A DNA stretch of 64,000 bases from Acutalibacteraceae bacterium (GTDB lineage Bacteria; Bacillota; Clostridia; Oscillospirales; Acutalibacteraceae). Below the pieces are notes generated by a model that did no database searches, was not told the DNA's origin, and saw nothing but the letters and a program-made list of their open reading frames with translations. The translations under genes were made by a program, and so were the position numbers. The stretch is from NCBI GenBank assembly GCA_045580625.1, contig JAZNOE010000013.1, positions 66,913-130,912 of the forward strand, read 5' to 3'. Shown in pieces: positions 10,388 to 17,376 of this stretch. The first letter of the stretch is position 1; the number at the start of each line of letters is the position of its first letter.

Positions 10388-10415
10388 ACTATGGCGGTCT
10401 AAAAATGACTGATTT

Positions 10416-10492
10416 GCGCTGATAGCTCAGCTGGATAGAGCGTCTGGCTACGGACCAGAAGGTCGGGAGTTCGAATCTTCTTCAGCGCGCCA
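10416..10492 (+). tRNA. tRNA-Arg (anticodon ACG)
   Basis: Acceptor GCGCTGA/TCAGCGC, D-arm GCTC-AGCTGGATA-GAGC, anticodon stem TCTGG/CCAGA with loop CTACGGA, T-arm GGGAG-TTCGAAT-CTTCT, discriminator G and an encoded CCA. Confidence 0.93.
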
Positions 10493-10683
10493 AGTAAGGA
10501 ATCTACTGAAAAGTAGGTTCCTTATTTTTTACACAATTATATTTTTGCACTAGAAGATTCGAACTCTGAGAGGGTGAGGTGCGTCAAGAAAACAATTGAT
10601 AATTGTTTTTAGCACCGAAGTGTGAGGAGGGTACTGTTTACGAAGTAAACGGTCGCCGAGCACGGTAAACGCGTAGCGGTTAC
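10475..10683 (+). repeat. Tandem repeat unit 1: tRNA-Arg 3' end (23 nt), terminator hairpin, AT-rich spacer, 32-nt box, then a 100-nt unique structured segment
   Basis: 10475-10497 is identical to 10684-10706, and 10552-10583 is identical to 10760-10791, giving a period of 208-209 bp. Confidence 0.85.
10494..10530 (+). terminator. Intrinsic terminator after tRNA-Arg
   Basis: AAGGAATCTAC-TGAAAA-GTAGGTTCCTT hairpin followed by ATTTTTT. Confidence 0.7.
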
Positions 10684-10791
10684 ATCTTCTTCAGCGCGCC
10701 AAGTAAAGACTTAACTGAAAAGTTAGGTCTTTATTTTTTTGCAATCTATCTGATATATAAGAAGATTCGAACTCTGAGAGGGTGAGGTGCG
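10684..10791 (+). repeat. Tandem repeat unit 2 (partial): orphan tRNA-Arg 3' fragment (ATCTTCTTCAGCGCGCCA), second terminator hairpin, second copy of the 32-nt box
   Basis: Same order of parts as unit 1. The hairpin AAAGACTTAAC-TGAAAA-GTTAGGTCTTT plus T-run differs from unit 1 by compensatory stem changes. Confidence 0.85.
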
Positions 10792-10792
10792 C

Positions 10793-11011
10793 AAATTGGG
10801 GTTTGTCGGTGAGATGAAATTAAATTAATAATGTAGGGAATGGATTTATCTATTCCGGAAAAACAGCATTATAAAACGGAACGGATTAATCCGTTCCCTA
10901 CGTGTGCCTACAATGAAACCCGCCCGGAATTTGCCGCGTTTTCGCGGACAGTCCGGGAGGCCTGTCCCTACGATGTGTCACCAATTTAACGTCCCGATAA
11001 ACTATAATTTG
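10793..11011 (+). repeat. MITE/REPIN-like non-coding element, copy A
   Basis: Head AAATTGGGGTTTGTCGGTGAGATGAAAT. Internal GTAGGG..CCCTAC hairpin modules at 10833-10901 and 10919-10970. Tail CCCTACGATGTGTCACCAATTTAACGTCCCGATAAACTATAATTTG. The head, module and tail recur in copies B and C. Confidence 0.6.
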
Positions 11012-11036
11012 TAACTTTATTGATATAATTATTTTA

Positions 11037-11065
11037 TTGATGTTTTCATTATTAGATGATATAAT
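11037..11065 (+). promoter_or_regulatory. Candidate sigma-A promoter of the esterase gene
   Basis: TTGATG (11037-11042), 17-nt spacer, TATAAT (11060-11065). Confidence 0.4.
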
Positions 11066-11085
11066 TCTACCTGGAGGGTGATGTT

Positions 11086-12369
11086 ATGAAACGTGTATTA
11101 TTTTTATCAATGATTTTAATATTAACTGTGTTATTATCTACAGTTGGTTGTAAAAATACAAAAGATGATAATATTGTGCCTTCATCACAGCCTGAAACCT
11201 CTTCGAATGATGAGTTTTCAACCTCTAAACCAAATGAGACTAATAATACTGAACCTAACGACACCTCTTCAAATGTTAATACCGAACCAACCCGTCCCGA
11301 AAAGGTGACACAGGTATACAACACCGATTTAAGTTTAAAAGTAAATGACCCTATAAAAGATACATTTTATGATTCGCAAAACGGTAATTCACTTCCGTAT
11401 GCATTGTATGTTCCCAAAGATTATTCGGCATCAAAAAAATATCCTGTAATTTTGTTTTTACACGGTGCAGGTGAATTGGGAAACGATAATCAAAAGCAGC
11501 TGAATAACATTAAAAATATGTTTACATACAACGGTGATTTCATATCACAATGTATTTTGATTTGTCCGCAAACATCTTCTTGGTGGAGATTAGACAGTGA
11601 ATATACAGGAGACCAAAACGGTACACTTGGCAGTGCATTGCATTTGCTTAAAAAAATTCAAAGTAGATACTCTTGTGACAGCAACCGAATTTATGTAACG
11701 GGTCTTTCGATGGGCGGCTATGCTACGTGGGACTTGCTCGAGCATTATGGGAATATTTTTGCTGCGGGTGTTCCGCTTTGCGGCGGTGGTAACAGTAGTA
11801 ACGGTGCGGCATTTAAGGATATTCCGATAAGGATTTATCACGGAACAATTGATTCTACGGTATCCTTTAGCAGTTCGCAGCAAATGTATAATTCAATAAG
11901 AAATGCAGGCGGTGAAAAGGTTTCGCTTTATCCGCTTCAGGGTGTTGGACACGATGCATGGAATCCCGCATACCGTGACCGTGATTTGTTCAGTTGGATG
12001 TTCGCTCAGAATAAATCAATTAACCCGAGTGGTAAATACGAATATGTGCATTATTTTAAAATTGTTGATTCTGCCGGCAAAATCGTGGTATGTGATGAAG
12101 ATATTTTCTTTACAAATTATTCAATAGATTGGAATAATAACGAGCAAGTTGATATTGATATTCACTTGACCGAAGACGGTAAAAATAAGCTAAATAAAGC
12201 ATATATTCAAAGCGGCGGCAAGGAATTTACCGTTTATTGTTCGAGTCAAAAGCTTTATTCGTTTACGGCAACTAAACCGATAAGCGATGATGTTTTTTCA
12301 ATTGTCGGCCTTTTCAATAGTGAAAATTATCGCGCTGTTGTTGATATTATTCAAAGAGCAACAGATTAA
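11086..12369 (+). CDS. Secreted lipoprotein, alpha/beta-hydrolase (esterase / predicted peptidase family) with an unassigned C-terminal domain of about 100 aa
   Basis: Signal peptide with lipobox LSTVGC, then a Ser/Thr/Asn/Glu-rich linker. Nucleophile elbow GLSMGG, plus HGTIDSTV and GVGHDAW consistent with a Ser-Asp-His triad. Strong RBS GGAGGG. Confidence 0.75.
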   Translation: MKRVLFLSMILILTVLLSTVGCKNTKDDNIVPSSQPETSSNDEFSTSKPNETNNTEPNDTSSNVNTEPTRPEKVTQVYNTDLSLKVNDPIKDTFYDSQNGNSLPYALYVPKDYSASKKYPVILFLHGAGELGNDNQKQLNNIKNMFTYNGDFISQCILICPQTSSWWRLDSEYTGDQNGTLGSALHLLKKIQSRYSCDSNRIYVTGLSMGGYATWDLLEHYGNIFAAGVPLCGGGNSSNGAAFKDIPIRIYHGTIDSTVSFSSSQQMYNSIRNAGGEKVSLYPLQGVGHDAWNPAYRDRDLFSWMFAQNKSINPSGKYEYVHYFKIVDSAGKIVVCDEDIFFTNYSIDWNNNEQVDIDIHLTEDGKNKLNKAYIQSGGKEFTVYCSSQKLYSFTATKPISDDVFSIVGLFNSENYRAVVDIIQRATD

Positions 12370-12374
12370 GTTTT

Positions 12375-12408
12375 AAAAGCAGTAGAGCTAATTAGTTCTA
12401 CTGCTTTT
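12375..12408 (+). terminator. Intrinsic terminator of the esterase gene
   Basis: AAAAGCAGTAGAGCTA / TAGTTCTACTGCTTTT hairpin with a T-run. Confidence 0.75.
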
Positions 12409-12649
12409 AAATTATGGTTTATCACTCGGTTAAATTAAAATTGCAGTGTAGGGACAGGCCTCCCGGACTGTCCGCGAAAACGCGGTAAATTGCGGGCGGG
12501 CAATCGAGGTAGCAAAGCGTGCAGAGCGGTAATGAATGACAACACAGTGTGTTGTCAGAACCGCGACGGGACCGAACGCCGCAGCGTGAGACCGCTTGCC
12601 TCTACGCGTGTTGTCAATATAATTTCATCTCAGCGACAAACCCAAATTT
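12409..12649 (-). repeat. MITE/REPIN-like non-coding element, copy B (inverted relative to copy A)
   Basis: The reverse complement begins AAATTTGGGTTTGTCGCTGAGATGAAATTA (31 of 33 nt match the copy A head). It contains a 52-nt module at 12448-12500 (50 of 52 nt identical to 10919-10970) and a tail AATTTAACCGAGTGATAAACCATAATTT homologous to tails A and C. The interior differs, with a perfect palindrome at 12538-12556. Confidence 0.6.
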
Positions 12650-13148
12650 ATGGCTCTTGAAATATTCCAAAATCAAGTGGGTTATAGGTGAAAATTATAA
12701 ACATCAATGCCATTACAAATATCCAAATTAACGACACCCATACCGCCCATCTAAAATCAAGCGCTTCGCTTAAAATTAACAACATTTTAATTGCAAGCAT
12801 TAAAAACAATGCAACATAAAATATTGCGATATTAAACCATTCAATTTTAAAACCAAGAACGCCCGAATAGGTGTAAAAGATGGTCACAATGGCTGAAAGT
12901 CCCATTATCAGTGAAATTGTTGCTGACGGTACATAACCTTTAACCTTGTCTTTAACTAAAAAATATTCAACTGCTGAAAACGCAACGGTGGGGAAGAATA
13001 GTAATTTCAAATGCTCCCACGTGCTTTCGTTTACGGGGAAGAAATACCCTAAAATGGTGTTGTTGCCACTCCATTTATAAACAAAATGTCCCAGTCCGCC
13101 CGCAAGACCAATAATTAAAAAAGCCCAAATGAAATTTTTAAGTTTCAT
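12648..13148 (-). CDS. Small polytopic membrane protein of unknown function (about 5 TM)
   Basis: 166-aa hydrophobic ORF with RBS GGAGG. The motif FFPVNESTWEHLKLLFFP recalls an uncharacterised Firmicutes membrane-protein family, which I cannot verify here. Confidence 0.6.
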   Translation of the reverse strand: MKLKNFIWAFLIIGLAGGLGHFVYKWSGNNTILGYFFPVNESTWEHLKLLFFPTVAFSAVEYFLVKDKVKGYVPSATISLIMGLSAIVTIFYTYSGVLGFKIEWFNIAIFYVALFLMLAIKMLLILSEALDFRWAVWVSLIWIFVMALMFIIFTYNPLDFGIFQEP

Positions 13149-13186
13149 AAATAAAAACCTCCATATTAAATTATATGGAGGTTTTG
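13149..13186 (-). terminator. Intrinsic terminator of the lipoprotein gene; its 3' arm contains the RBS of the downstream membrane-protein gene
   Basis: On the minus strand, an AAAACCTCCATAT / ATATGGAGGTTTT hairpin followed by TTTTTATTT. Confidence 0.55.
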
Positions 13187-13194
13187 TGAAAATA

Positions 13195-13539
13195 TTATGG
13201 ATTACAGGTTTTGCAGGGTGTAAAGCCTTGTTTTATAAATTCGTTATAACCCGAAAGATAAACCTTGTTTTCGTCTTTCATCTTTTCTGCCCAGACACAG
13301 TCCTTTAAATGAAATTTTTTGGTTTTGTTACTGCCGACGTAATAATCAACTATTTTCTCGGGCTCGGCAATGGTGACGCTGTTTTCATCGATCTTGTCGG
13401 GCAGACTGTTTTGGCCGTCAATTGTTGTGCCGTCGGGCAGCTTTACTTCAATATCGGGGTGAGAAGTGGTATCAGATTTATTGCAGGAAGAAAGTAAGAT
13501 GAGAATTAAAGCTAAAAACAATATTAAAGGCTTTTTCAT
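13195..13539 (-). CDS. Small secreted lipoprotein with a C-terminal Cys-rich putative metal-binding motif
   Basis: Signal peptide with lipobox LLSSC. The C-terminus KKFHLKDCVWAEK...GFTPCKTCNP (C-x33-C-x2-C) resembles the Ada-like zinc motif often found at the end of secreted Firmicutes proteins. Confidence 0.6.
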   Translation of the reverse strand: MKKPLILFLALILILLSSCNKSDTTSHPDIEVKLPDGTTIDGQNSLPDKIDENSVTIAEPEKIVDYYVGSNKTKKFHLKDCVWAEKMKDENKVYLSGYNEFIKQGFTPCKTCNP

Positions 13540-13638
13540 ATAAATTCCCCCTTTTGATGTTTGAAATTATTATATAAAATATTTTTGTTGAAGTAAAGCA
13601 CAAAATATTATAAAATGATAATAGAGGTGGTGATCTTT

Positions 13639-15450
13639 TTGAATTTGACCGAGCTTAAGGCAAAAGCCAACAATTTGCCGCTAAAACCGGGCGTTTATAT
13701 TATGAAGGACAAAAGCGGTACGGTAATTTACGTCGGCAAAGCGAAAGCGCTTAAAAACCGCGTTACACAATATTTTGGCGCGGGTAACCAGCACACACCA
13801 AAGGTGCACAAAATGGTTATTAACGTTTTTGACTTTGAATATATAATCTGCGACAGTGAATTTGAAGCTCTTATACTTGAAAATTCACTTATAAAACAGC
13901 ATCAGCCGAAGTATAACATTTTGCTCAAGGATGATAAGGGCAGCTTTTATATTAAGATCACCGATGAAAAATGGCGAAGAATTCAGTCGGTTAAGCAACT
14001 CGACAAAAGCGGTGAATTTATAGGGCCCTATAATTCGGGTTTTATCGTTTCTCAAACGGTTGATGAGGTGCGTAAGATATTCAGGCTTCCAAGCTGTAAC
14101 CGTACCTTTGATAATCCCACAAAGCCTTGCCTTGATTACCATATCGGTCTTTGTGATGCGCCCTGCAAAGCAAATATTTCCGTTAAGGATTATAATGCTG
14201 TAATTGATTCGGCGGTTGAATATATTAAAAACGGTGATATTCAGGCAAATTCAATAAGCATTTTGACAAAGCAGATGGAGGATGCCGCCGAAAACCTTAA
14301 TTTTGAGCTTGCGGCGCGCCTTCGCGACCGTATAAATGCTATTAATAAAATTAAGCAAAAGCAAAAGGTTGTTGAAATAAGCTATAAAGAGCAGGATGTT
14401 TTTTCATCAGTTATTTTTGACGGTACGGCTTGTGTTGCAATTTTGAAGTTCCGCAATTTTAAGCTGTGGGACAAGCAGCATTTCTTTATTGAAGATGTTG
14501 AAGAAAAACGTGATTTTTATGCCGAATTCTTGCAGCAGTTTTATGCAGGGAAAACCGATATTCCTTCACGTATTTTAACCGATGAGGAATTTGACGGAAG
14601 TGAGCTTTTAGAAAAATGGCTTGGCGATATTTCCGAAAAAAAGGTTAGCTTAATTGTTCCAAAACAAGGTGAGCAAAAGCGTATTATTGAAATGTGTCAG
14701 CAGAATGCCGTGCAAAACCTTTCTGAAAAAACCGAAAAAACCACCCGCGAAATGTCGGTGCTTAATGAACTCAAGGACTTGCTTAATTTAGATAAAGCAC
14801 CGCGTGTAATTGAAGCTTATGATATTTCAAATATGTCGGGCGATAACAACGTTGCCGGTATGATAGTTTTTAAGGATGCAAAGCCGTATAAGGCAGGGTA
14901 TAAGCGGTTTAAAATTAAGGGCTTTCTGGGTCAGGACGATTACCGTTCCATGGCGGAGGTGCTTGACCGACGTTTTAGTGAATATGAAAAGGGCGAAAAC
15001 CCTGACTTTTCGGTTTTGCCGGACCTTATTTTGCTTGACGGCGCAAAGGGACAAATAGGCGCAGTTTTACCTGTTATGCAAAAATACGGGCTTAATATCC
15101 CGCTTTTCGGTATGGTTAAGGATTCTAAACACCGTACTCGCGCAATTGCTACAACCGGCGGTGATATTGTTATAAAATCAAACCGTCGTGTCTTCACACT
15201 TATTACTAATATTCAGGATGAAGTTCACCGTTTTGCAATCAGCTATCAAAAACAGCTGCAAAGCAAAAAAATGCTGGGCAGAGAGCTTACGAATATTAAG
15301 GGAATAGGGGACAAAAAGGCGAATTTACTGCTTAAGCATTTTGGAAGTATGTCGAAAATTAAGTCGGCCGAAAAATCGGCGCTTATGTCTGTAAAAGGTA
15401 TAAATGAGCAAAATGCCGATGATATTATCGCATATTTTAACAATTTGTAA
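13639..15450 (+). CDS. uvrC: Excinuclease ABC subunit C (UvrC)
   Basis: GIY-YIG N-terminus (PGVYIMKDKSGTVIYVGKA), a UVR domain, an RNase H-like endonuclease domain and a C-terminal HhH2. I prefer the TTG at 13639, 8 nt after GAGGTGG. The ORF ATG at 13615 overlaps the candidate -10 element TAAAAT (13611-13616). Confidence 0.9.
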   Translation: MNLTELKAKANNLPLKPGVYIMKDKSGTVIYVGKAKALKNRVTQYFGAGNQHTPKVHKMVINVFDFEYIICDSEFEALILENSLIKQHQPKYNILLKDDKGSFYIKITDEKWRRIQSVKQLDKSGEFIGPYNSGFIVSQTVDEVRKIFRLPSCNRTFDNPTKPCLDYHIGLCDAPCKANISVKDYNAVIDSAVEYIKNGDIQANSISILTKQMEDAAENLNFELAARLRDRINAINKIKQKQKVVEISYKEQDVFSSVIFDGTACVAILKFRNFKLWDKQHFFIEDVEEKRDFYAEFLQQFYAGKTDIPSRILTDEEFDGSELLEKWLGDISEKKVSLIVPKQGEQKRIIEMCQQNAVQNLSEKTEKTTREMSVLNELKDLLNLDKAPRVIEAYDISNMSGDNNVAGMIVFKDAKPYKAGYKRFKIKGFLGQDDYRSMAEVLDRRFSEYEKGENPDFSVLPDLILLDGAKGQIGAVLPVMQKYGLNIPLFGMVKDSKHRTRAIATTGGDIVIKSNRRVFTLITNIQDEVHRFAISYQKQLQSKKMLGRELTNIKGIGDKKANLLLKHFGSMSKIKSAEKSALMSVKGINEQNADDIIAYFNNL

Positions 15451-15458
15451 ATTTTTTA

Positions 15459-15487
15459 TTGACTAAAAAATATATATGTGTTATTAT
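15459..15487 (+). promoter_or_regulatory. Candidate sigma-A promoter (extended -10) driving the lysine riboswitch
   Basis: TTGACT (15459-15464), 17-nt spacer, TGtTATTAT (15479-15487). Confidence 0.5.
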
Positions 15488-15493
15488 TCGTTT

Positions 15494-15648
15494 GATAGAG
15501 GTGCGGTATTCATCAGTAGTATACATTCAGATAGGCAAATCTGTATACGAAAGGGAAAACCGCCGAAATGGAAGTTGTATTGCCTTTAAAACTTCTGTTG
15601 GTTTGCAGTAAAATATGCTGCTGACTGTCACTTTTGTGGAGAGCTATC
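15494..15648 (+). promoter_or_regulatory. Lysine riboswitch (L-box) aptamer
   Basis: Conserved L-box elements appear in order: GATAGAGGTGCG, CAGTAG, GAAAGGGAAAACCGCCGAAAT, CTGTCA, and TGGAGAGCTATC, which closes P1. Confidence 0.85.
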
Positions 15649-15668
15649 GGTTATTTATTTTTTAAATT

Positions 15669-15710
15669 ACCGTAATTGCTTTTTGCAGTTACGGTTTTTA
15701 TTTATTTTTT
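15669..15710 (+). terminator. Expression-platform terminator of the lysine riboswitch
   Basis: An 11-bp stem ACCGTAATTGC / GCAGTTACGGT with loop TTTTT, followed by a T-rich run. Confidence 0.8.
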
Positions 15711-15723
15711 AAGGAGAATTAAA

Positions 15724-17307
15724 ATGAAAGCAAAGAAAATTATCCCCAAAGTGCTGATTATTGCATTTGTTGTGGGCTTTGGTGTACTTTGTGCTTTTTC
15801 AGGTAATATTATGAAGCCTGTCGGCACACTCTGGTCACTTTTCCCGCCTGTAATTGCTATCGGCCTGGCACTTCTCACAAAGGAAGTTTATTCCTCACTT
15901 TTTATCGGTATTTTAGCAGGCGGCTTGCTTGCAACTAGCTTTAAACCCATCAAAACCGTTGACTCGATAATAAATGATGGTCTTATTGCATCTGTTTCGG
16001 GTACAGCAGGTATCTTTATTTTCTTGGTAATTTTGGGTGTTATTGTTGCACTTTTAAACAAGGCAGGCGGCGCTCAGGCTTTTGGCCGTTGGGCAGCTAA
16101 AAACGTTAAGGGCAAAATCGGTGCATCTCTTGCAACCTTCGCTTTTGGCGTACTTATCTTTATTGATGACTATTTCAACTGTTTGACCGTTGGTGCAGTT
16201 ATGCGTCCCGTTACCGATAAGGCAAAGATTTCACGTTCAAAATTGGCTTACCTTATCGATGCTACCGCAGCACCTATTTGTATGATAGCTCCTATTTCGT
16301 CTTGGGCAGCTGCAGTTTCTGAATATGCTCCCGAAGGTGTAAGCGGTCTTAAAATGTTTATTCAGGCCATTCCTTATAACTTCTATTCATTAATGACCTT
16401 CGTTTTCATTATTGCAATTACTCTTATGAGATTTGACTATGGCCCGATGAAGCTTCACGAATTAAATGCAGATAACGGTGACCTCTTCACTTCAGGTATG
16501 GTTGCTGCAAATGATGAAGAAAGTGATGCTAACCCCAAGGCAAAGGTTATTGACCTTGTGTTACCCATCATCGTTCTTATCGGCATTTGTGTATATGCTC
16601 TTTATTACATAGGTCAGACAGGTAAGCTTTCATTTGCTGACGCTTTCGGTAATACCGATGCTACCGTTGGTCTTCCCTGGGGCGGTCTTATTGCACTTAT
16701 CTTTGTAGTTATTTATTTCATTGCACGCCGTCTTGTTTCCTTTAAAGATGCAATGGCTTGCATTCCCAAGGGCTTTAATGCAATGGTTCCTGCTATTCTT
16801 ATCTTAACCATGGCTACTGCTCTTAAGAATATAACCGGTCTTTTGGATTCTGACGGTTTCGTTAAAGCAGCTCTTGCAGATGCAAGCGGTCTAAATAGCT
16901 TCTTGCCTGCAATTATTTTCATTGTTGCTTGCGGTATTGCATTTGCTACCGGTACTTCATGGGGTACATTTGGTATTCTTATCCCCATTGTTACCAGCAT
17001 TTTCGACATAGGTTCACCTCTTGGCATTATGAGTATGTCAGCTTGTCTTGCCGGTGCAGTTTGCGGTGACCATTGCTCACCCATTTCAGATACCACAATT
17101 ATGTCTTCAGCAGGTGCACAGTGCGACCACATCAACCACGTGTCTACACAGCTGCCTTATGCATTGACTGTTGCAAGTATTTCTTTCGTAAGCTATATCT
17201 TTGCAGGCTTTGTTCAGAATGCCTGGATTTCACTTGCATTTGCTGCAGTTTTGACAATTGGTGTGTTGTTTGTTATTAAAGCACTTACCAAAAAGAAAGT
17301 GGCATAA
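15724..17307 (+). CDS. Na+/H+ antiporter NhaC-family transporter (probable lysine-related transporter)
   Basis: About 12 TM segments with NhaC-like sequence. Start at the ATG at 15724 after AAGGAGA. The 5' extension of the ORF (from 15676) runs through the riboswitch terminator, so I reject it. Confidence 0.8.
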   Translation: MKAKKIIPKVLIIAFVVGFGVLCAFSGNIMKPVGTLWSLFPPVIAIGLALLTKEVYSSLFIGILAGGLLATSFKPIKTVDSIINDGLIASVSGTAGIFIFLVILGVIVALLNKAGGAQAFGRWAAKNVKGKIGASLATFAFGVLIFIDDYFNCLTVGAVMRPVTDKAKISRSKLAYLIDATAAPICMIAPISSWAAAVSEYAPEGVSGLKMFIQAIPYNFYSLMTFVFIIAITLMRFDYGPMKLHELNADNGDLFTSGMVAANDEESDANPKAKVIDLVLPIIVLIGICVYALYYIGQTGKLSFADAFGNTDATVGLPWGGLIALIFVVIYFIARRLVSFKDAMACIPKGFNAMVPAILILTMATALKNITGLLDSDGFVKAALADASGLNSFLPAIIFIVACGIAFATGTSWGTFGILIPIVTSIFDIGSPLGIMSMSACLAGAVCGDHCSPISDTTIMSSAGAQCDHINHVSTQLPYALTVASISFVSYIFAGFVQNAWISLAFAAVLTIGVLFVIKALTKKKVA

Positions 17308-17323
17308 TTTATATTGAAATTTT

Positions 17324-17365
17324 ATTCCGTTACAGGTATAATATCTGTAACGGAATTTTATTTTT
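17324..17365 (+). terminator. Intrinsic terminator
   Basis: ATTCCGTTACAG / CTGTAACGGAAT 12-bp stem followed by a T-run. Confidence 0.8.
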
Positions 17366-17376
17366 AGGAGTTTATT

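Noticed and set aside
10684-10701. Possible second tRNA-Arg gene
   Set aside because: Only the last 18 nt (half of the T-loop, the T-stem 3' strand, the acceptor 3' strand and CCA) are present. No acceptor 5' strand, D-arm or anticodon arm can be found upstream. It is a fragment, not a gene.
10475-11011. CRISPR-like array suggested by repeated sequences and palindromes
   Set aside because: The tandem unit is 209 bp and present only twice. The GTAGGG hairpins are heterogeneous, irregularly spaced and in both orientations. No cas genes are present. This is not a CRISPR array.
10493-13600. Integrated prophage or genomic island at tRNA-Arg
   Set aside because: An att-like tRNA tail duplication exists, but the region encodes no integrase, excisionase, phage or conjugation genes. 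At most it is a decayed islet, so I reported it only as repeats and cargo.
16713-17135. 140-aa ORF on the minus strand. The same applies to the minus-strand ORFs at 24764-25240, 27827-28294, 58188-58598 and 32870-33277.
   Set aside because: Each lies fully inside a confidently assigned + strand gene (nhaC, relA, hemZ, the P-type ATPase and the THUMP methyltransferase). None has an RBS or a motif.
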